Assembly: GCF_000009705.1 (NCBI RefSeq)
Contig: NC_003272.1
Span: 300,001-332,000 of the forward strand
Reading direction: 5' to 3'
Source of the DNA: Nostoc sp. PCC 7120 = FACHB-418
GTDB taxonomy: Bacteria; Cyanobacteriota; Cyanobacteriia; Cyanobacteriales; Nostocaceae
Length of the DNA: 32,000 bases
The notes under the pieces were generated by a model that did no database searches, was not told the DNA's origin, and saw nothing but the letters and a program-made list of their open reading frames with translations. This document shows, piece after piece, positions 26,837 to 32,000 of this stretch (position 1 is the stretch's first letter; each line of letters starts with the position of its first letter). A program made the translations under genes and the position numbers.

Positions 26837-27538
26837 AGCATAGAAAATTAATTGCTTTTCCATGTCCTATGCTAGCCAAAAATTCAGAATTATCCCTCTG
26901 CTATCACTTTGTTTCTTTCGCCCTTCCCATAAGTGCATCTTTGTTGGAGACTCACGTTAAATTATTTCCATTAATTCCACTCTGGTATGAAGTATGCCAC
27001 CGATGTCACGCACGCACACACAAGGTGTTTAAAGAATTAATGAAATGAGGCAAGAATTCGGTAGGTTTAGCTGCTTATAACTATTTACATCAAAAATCAT
27101 CACTCGAAGTTTACCTCAAAGACTTACCCGTTCTACCTGACGCTATTTTTACTTTGGTTCAGCTTACATTGAATAACATCACTTGAAGGATTTAGATGCC
27201 ATTCGAGAAGTTATTCCAAAAAAAGTTTAATCCCATCTATAAGACAATGCCAAATTTGTAAAAATTCAGCGTTTTTATCACGAAAATTATGCCTGAAACC
27301 GTTGCTGCTGGTATTTCTGATAGCTTTGAAATTCCACCAGGGTTAAATAAATTTGAGGCATAACTCAAGCATTATGAATATATCTTGACGAAAATTTACT
27401 CATCAAAAAGTAGATATCTTTTTAAAGATTACATCAAATTATTTACATGAACACGTAAGCAAATATCATGAGTTTTATTGATAACTAGTAGTAAGTACAT
27501 TTGACGTTGTTTCAAGTTTTAAAAACTGCAAGTATTGA

Positions 27539-29509
27539 ATGGTAATTCATATTACTTTTATAAAAATGCAGCCTACTAACCCAAATTTTTCAAATGTCCA
27601 GATTATCAAAAATAAAATTTACGACCTTAATGGACAAGCATTTATTACTGAAGTAATCCATCCTTTTGCATGGGATGACATTTATGATATTTATTTAAAT
27701 ATTTGGGGATTAGACCATATTAGATATGCTGATTTTTTATTAGAAAATAATCATCAAGCTTACTCTGGGTATGACAATCATGAAATAGACAAAAAGACTG
27801 TAGATATCTATACTATTCAAGATGCGGTGGTCATGTTTGAAATTCATGACGGCATTGGTGCATACAAGAATATTAGTAATCCCAGAAATCAATTTTATAC
27901 TCATGGTATTAACATTAGTTTTGGGGATTACGGCTCTGAGGATATAGGACTAGATGTTACATCGGCAGCCTCAAAATTCTCAAATTTTAAGATAATTGGC
28001 GATAAGATTTATGACCCCAATGGGCAAGAATTTATTGCCAAAGGCATCAATACGTTCACATGGGATAAGGACTACAATATTTATTTAGATAATTGGGGAT
28101 TTAACACTATTAGAGTTCCTAATTATTTATTAGGAAGTTATAATCAACCTCACCCTGCACAGGACAATTATCAAACAAACAAAAATATTGTCAATGTTTA
28201 CACAAGTCAAAACGCAGTAGTTATTTTTGATGCTCACGATCGCATTGGTGGATATTACCAAGGAGATCAATGGGAAATCCTCAAAGACTATTGGCGCGAA
28301 ATGGCGAAGCAGTTTAAAGATAATCCTTATGTTTGGTTTAACTTACATAATGAACCTGGCAACAGTCAAGCACAACCTGAAAAATGGGTAAATTATCACC
28401 GTCAATTAATTGACATAATCCGAGCCGAAGGTGCTAACAATGTCATCGTGGTTGATGGAGAAGCGTGGGGACAAGACTATCTCACTCAGACAATTGCTAG
28501 TCATGCTCACAATATTATGGCAGGTAACGAAAATATATTATTTTCGCTCCATGTTTACGACCAGTGGCTTAACAAGGATATTGGGGCTTATTTTGATCGC
28601 CTCCAAGCTCAGGATATTCCCATCATCGTCGGAGAATACGGCTCTGAAAATATAGGACTAGATGTTACGCAAGCGAGCGTCAATATGATGTTGGCAGCGC
28701 AGCCACGAGAGATTGGACGAATTGCTTGGGTGGGAAAAGCTAACGATAACAATGATTTAACTTATGGAAAAGGAGGACACGCTTATTATTTCGATGGTAA
28801 TAACACAGAGATTTTGACTGATTTGGGTCGTCTGACATGGCAAGATTTGCAGCGAAGCGAGAATTTAGGTTATGCAGATCACAATTTTTGGACACGCTTT
28901 ACTAGCCCTGATAAAGCTTCTGAAGCATCTGAGCAAGGAGTTTATGACATCGTAATTAGGGACATTTCTGGTAATAAAAACTTCCCCAATAAACTTCAAT
29001 CTAGCATCTTCATCTCAGGTGATAATGGCAACAATAAATTTGACGGTGGAGATCAAGATGATGTACTGATTGGTGGAGATGGTTCTGACAAACTATCAGG
29101 TCAGAATGGTAACGATTTACTAGTGGGCGGTAAAGGCAATGATGAACTAACAGGTGGTTCAGGTAATGATATTTTTTATATCGACGGCAGAGATGTCGGT
29201 AAGGATATAATCACAGACTTTAACCCACAAAATGATGCACTTTACATAAACAATATTATGGAAATTGCCCAAGCTTGGACTGATACCGGGCTTGATAAGG
29301 CTAATCGTTATGGTCATCTAGGTGCGCTTCGAGTTACCAATCTAAAAGAGCTAGCTGATTTAACCGGAGTTCTTAACAATTTGGGAGGTAGTTTTGGAGC
29401 ATACACTATTAAGAATCAAAATCAGCTAATTCTTGATCTTGGTGATACAGTCATTCACCTCAATGGTTTGTCTAATTATGTTCAACCCATCCAAGCACCA
29501 TTAATCTGA
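27539..29509 (+). CDS. Glycoside hydrolase family 5 (cellulase/mannanase-like) with a degenerate N-terminal partial duplicate of the catalytic domain and C-terminal RTX repeats
   Basis: 656 aa. The GH5 acid/base motif is WFNLHNEPGN (Glu codon 28352..28354) and the nucleophile motif is IIVGEYGSE (Glu codon 28634..28636). RTX repeats span 29018..29179. There is no N-terminal signal peptide. An alternative ATG exists at 27566. Confidence 0.8.
   Translation: MVIHITFIKMQPTNPNFSNVQIIKNKIYDLNGQAFITEVIHPFAWDDIYDIYLNIWGLDHIRYADFLLENNHQAYSGYDNHEIDKKTVDIYTIQDAVVMFEIHDGIGAYKNISNPRNQFYTHGINISFGDYGSEDIGLDVTSAASKFSNFKIIGDKIYDPNGQEFIAKGINTFTWDKDYNIYLDNWGFNTIRVPNYLLGSYNQPHPAQDNYQTNKNIVNVYTSQNAVVIFDAHDRIGGYYQGDQWEILKDYWREMAKQFKDNPYVWFNLHNEPGNSQAQPEKWVNYHRQLIDIIRAEGANNVIVVDGEAWGQDYLTQTIASHAHNIMAGNENILFSLHVYDQWLNKDIGAYFDRLQAQDIPIIVGEYGSENIGLDVTQASVNMMLAAQPREIGRIAWVGKANDNNDLTYGKGGHAYYFDGNNTEILTDLGRLTWQDLQRSENLGYADHNFWTRFTSPDKASEASEQGVYDIVIRDISGNKNFPNKLQSSIFISGDNGNNKFDGGDQDDVLIGGDGSDKLSGQNGNDLLVGGKGNDELTGGSGNDIFYIDGRDVGKDIITDFNPQNDALYINNIMEIAQAWTDTGLDKANRYGHLGALRVTNLKELADLTGVLNNLGGSFGAYTIKNQNQLILDLGDTVIHLNGLSNYVQPIQAPLI
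29018..29179 (+). repeat. RTX Ca-binding nonapeptide repeat array, coding
   Basis: [54 protein letters not shown]. Confidence 0.8.
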
Positions 29510-29521
29510 TAGGAAGTATGG

Positions 29522-29549
29522 CTGTTGACTGTTGACGGTTGACAGACTT
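29522..29549. repeat. STRR3-like heptanucleotide tandem repeat just downstream of the GH5-RTX stop
   Basis: The units are ctgttga ctgttga cggttga cagactt. ACTGTTG is the complement of the STRR3 unit CAACAGT. Confidence 0.6.
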
Positions 29550-29714
29550 GAAAGCCTTGTTTGTTTGGGGTTTGGTCTCAGCTTGATATCCTAACGGGAC
29601 ATCAACATTTTTGAGGCAGAAATAAGCCTCAAACCCATACAGGGTGAGGAAAATACATCACAGGCTCAAAAATGCTGGAAACCCAGATATAGCAAGAAAC
29701 TAGTCAAAACGAAA

Positions 29715-30179
29715 TTATGCAGCAGCGAACATTTGCTGCAAATTTTCTGGCTTTGTTACTTGTAAATATTGGTTTGCCATTTCTGGTGTTAACAGCTCTA
29801 TCATGATTTTGTTTTCTAACCAGAACTCAATAACATCAAAGAAGGAATCACGGTTACAGCGTACTGTTCTCCAACCTTCCCGTTTGCCAATTTCTGCAAT
29901 TTTTTCTTCTGTAGCAGAAACTGAAATAGCTGCATGAGTGGCGGTAAAGCCGGAAACATTAGCAGCTTCTGCAAAAATGCCTCCTTGCTCACCTTCACCC
30001 GGTTTTATATATGTTTCTAAAGGATAAACTTCAATTCCTGTACCGTATTCATCCAAAGGAAAAACCATGTAGCTACCTGGATGGGGGAAAAAGGGAACGG
30101 CTTCTCCATTCATAACTTCTGCTAGCACTTGAGCAACGTGATGGGGATTTTCAACAGAAATAGATATGTGGTGAATCAT
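29715..30179 (-). CDS. VOC (glyoxalase/bleomycin-resistance/dioxygenase) family protein
   Basis: 154 aa. MIHHISISVENPHHVAQVLAEVMNG and the second-half THAAISVSATEEKIAEIGKREGW fit the paired beta-alpha-beta-beta-beta module pattern. A GAGAGG Shine-Dalgarno lies upstream of the ATG. Confidence 0.5.
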   Translation of the reverse strand: MIHHISISVENPHHVAQVLAEVMNGEAVPFFPHPGSYMVFPLDEYGTGIEVYPLETYIKPGEGEQGGIFAEAANVSGFTATHAAISVSATEEKIAEIGKREGWRTVRCNRDSFFDVIEFWLENKIMIELLTPEMANQYLQVTKPENLQQMFAAA

Positions 30180-30325
30180 AATATTACCTCTCGCCCTGTC
30201 GTTATAGGGCTAATAAACTTCATTTTTATTGCAGTTGGATATTTACACAATTGCCTTAATTACTTCTCATGGCTGACGCAGTAATTTATGCAATGGTGAG
30301 CAAAAAAATGAGTGAGTGGCTTTCT

Positions 30326-30925
30326 CTATAAAGTTGCTACAAGTTCTTTGAGGCGATCGCGTCCATCCCGAAACACAGACCAACCATCTCCTACTAACAC
30401 AGCTTCCACCTTCTCCAATGCGGCTAATCTGCGAACTGAAGCTACAACTTTTTGCTTATTCACCAGCTTTTCATCAGGTAATACCTCCAAACCCCCGGCT
30501 CGATATGCCCGGACTAAATCCCCTGTAATTAAGGTGGTTTCTTCCAACAGCAATGCTAACTCTCCGGGAGTTTTAGAACCTTCGAGTTCCAGTACCTTTA
30601 GCCCCGGTACAAGTTCATCACCATCAGATAGCCAGCGATCGCAATATATAGGAAAATGCTCTTTCTCTGCGACTGGCCCGGCTATTTTGGCATAGGTTTG
30701 GTCGGCAATTTCCTTCGCTGACCTTACATGATCGGAGTTTGTCAGGACAATCCAAGTCACTCCACCAAGAGACTCCAAGTGCTTCCAATCATGATTTGAT
30801 AAAGCTACTGGATCAATCAAGATATTGCCTTCAGGGCGAATCCAGGCAAACCCATTGAAATCAATATTTCTTGCGGGGTTGAAAGTAGACCAGCTATATA
30901 GATCAGGACGGTGCAGGGATTTCAT
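30326..30925 (-). CDS. MBL-fold metallo-hydrolase superfamily protein (degenerate HxHxDH motif)
   Basis: 199 aa. FNGFAWIRPEGNILIDP...WIVLTNSDHVRSA...ELEGSKTPGELALL...LITGDLV follows the beta-lactamase-fold motif order. The first motif reads TNSDH rather than HxHxDH, so metal-dependent catalysis is uncertain. Confidence 0.5.
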   Translation of the reverse strand: MKSLHRPDLYSWSTFNPARNIDFNGFAWIRPEGNILIDPVALSNHDWKHLESLGGVTWIVLTNSDHVRSAKEIADQTYAKIAGPVAEKEHFPIYCDRWLSDGDELVPGLKVLELEGSKTPGELALLLEETTLITGDLVRAYRAGGLEVLPDEKLVNKQKVVASVRRLAALEKVEAVLVGDGWSVFRDGRDRLKELVATL

Positions 30926-31022
30926 AATAATTCTGGTTCTATACCTTCAATAGCTTTCAGTTGATCAATCTGCATCCTTAATTTATCAATAATTCCGTCT
31001 TTAGTTCAAAAATGAAAATATA

Positions 31023-31087
31023 GGGGCAGGAGTTAGAGAGCAGAGGGGAGAAATTACTCAAAGGTTGTCTCCCTTTCCCTCTGCCCC
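31023..31087 (-). terminator. Imperfect long hairpin built from G/C-rich heptamer-like units, downstream of the Hsp70-like gene
   Basis: On the minus strand, ggggcagagggaaagggaga...tctcccctctgctctctaactcctgcccc is followed by tatattttcattttt. The stem is imperfect. Confidence 0.35.
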
Positions 31088-31109
31088 AATTCCTAACTTT
31101 TCCCACTCC

Positions 31110-32000
31110 TCAGACATAAGCAAAATCGACGGTATAAGGTTCCTCTAGTGATTGTTGAGTGCTGGCTTTTATCGTATCAAGATAACGGTGGAGCGCCTGC
31201 AATTGTTGGAAATTGGGGCGGTAGGTGAGATTGCCTTGTTTTTCAAACAGTTGTGTGTTGGCGTTGGCGTAGCCCGTCGTAGACATCGCTTGATAGTCAA
31301 TATTGCTGAGAGAATGTTTGGTAAGCCATGTAGATTCTGGGGAGGCGGGTATTAAGCCGGCTGGTAGTTCTCCTTCGAGGAATGCTAATAGTCGTTGCTG
31401 ACAAATATTAGTATTGATTCCACGTCCTTCAAATAACTGGAGAACTTCATTAAAAGATAAAGTCCGATTGGGCAAAAGTCGCAGTAATTCTGTAAATAGG
31501 AAGTAGTCTGTGTATTGATGTCTAGATTCTTCCAAGACTTGGGAATGTAGGGGTAGTAAAGCTAAACCACAAGCAACACGACTACAATTAGGTGCGCCAT
31601 TTTCTCCCAGGTATGAGTCTTGAATAATCTTGGCATTGGGGAGTTTTTGCCGCAACCACAGGTTGACAACCCCTAAATTAGCTACCCCACCGGTGAGAAT
31701 TGCTTGATTAATTGCTTCTGTGGGGATACCACGGGCTACTAATAATTTGTTGAGTTCACGATTTAGGCGACGGGCAAAGGGAACAAAAACCTGACTTTCT
31801 AATTCTCGACGCTGTAAAACCCATCGTTGGTCGGCTAATTCTAGGGTAAAAGATTCTTGATGTTGCAAAATTAGCTTTAATGCTAGGGCTGCATCTAAAA
31901 CTGCTTGTCCTAACAGAGAACTTTCCAAATGTTGCTGGAGGCGAATTCGTGCTGGAACATCAGGTTCTCCCAAGCGGGGCAATTCTAATGCTTCCAATCC
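31110..32000 (-). CDS. Hsp70-like (actin-fold ATPase) family protein, C-terminal portion; 5'-partial at the right window edge
   Basis: AILTGGVANLGVVNLWLRQKLPNAKIIQD...SRVACGLALLPL follows the Hsp70 subdomain IIA pattern (xxxGGxxxxPxxxxxLxxxF...vAxGaAxxa). The listed start at 31997 is a TTG and the frame stays open to nt 32000. The long C-terminal extension has no motif I recognise. Confidence 0.45.
   Translation of the reverse strand, partial: GLEALELPRLGEPDVPARIRLQQHLESSLLGQAVLDAALALKLILQHQESFTLELADQRWVLQRRELESQVFVPFARRLNRELNKLLVARGIPTEAINQAILTGGVANLGVVNLWLRQKLPNAKIIQDSYLGENGAPNCSRVACGLALLPLHSQVLEESRHQYTDYFLFTELLRLLPNRTLSFNEVLQLFEGRGINTNICQQRLLAFLEGELPAGLIPASPESTWLTKHSLSNIDYQAMSTTGYANANTQLFEKQGNLTYRPNFQQLQALHRYLDTIKASTQQSLEEPYTVDFAYV

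Overview
This is a 32-kb chromosomal window that looks like a filamentous, Nostocales-type cyanobacterium. The evidence is at least 24 copies of the HIP1 octamer GCGATCGC, STRR-type heptanucleotide tandem repeats in several spacers, and chlD, a group-3 sigma factor, Uma2 and PEP-CTERM genes. Left to right the content is: a 5'-truncated giant secreted ExeM/NucH-like nuclease with RTX repeats; a group-3 sigma factor; Mg-chelatase subunit D; a Uma2 endonuclease; RNase III; then an 11-kb minus-strand block. After that come an SMR efflux gene, the small heat-shock protein HspA, a HemD-like gene, a HAD phosphatase, a signal-peptide/PEP-CTERM nucleoside hydrolase, a GH5-RTX glycosidase with a dead partial duplicate of its own catalytic domain, a VOC protein, an MBL-fold protein and the 3' part of an Hsp70-like gene. 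The stand-out is the minus-strand block (10525..21618). It holds two tandem paralogous giants of 1711 and 1747 aa, each built as active caspase-like protease, His-less pseudo-caspase, STAND P-loop NTPase, a single hydrophobic span, 14 WD40 blades and a Cys-x20-Cys tail. A 162-aa ORF follows that mimics the N-terminus of a STAND ATPase but has no P-loop, and a 36-aa ORF overlaps it by ATGA. I read this block as a candidate membrane-spanning, NTP-dependent sensing and protease (suicide or defence) module. Exact heptanucleotide tandem arrays sit in-frame inside both giant genes and fill the spacer between them. I recognised no rRNA, tRNA, CRISPR array or intact transposase. All domain calls come from motif recognition by eye and need HMM or structure confirmation.
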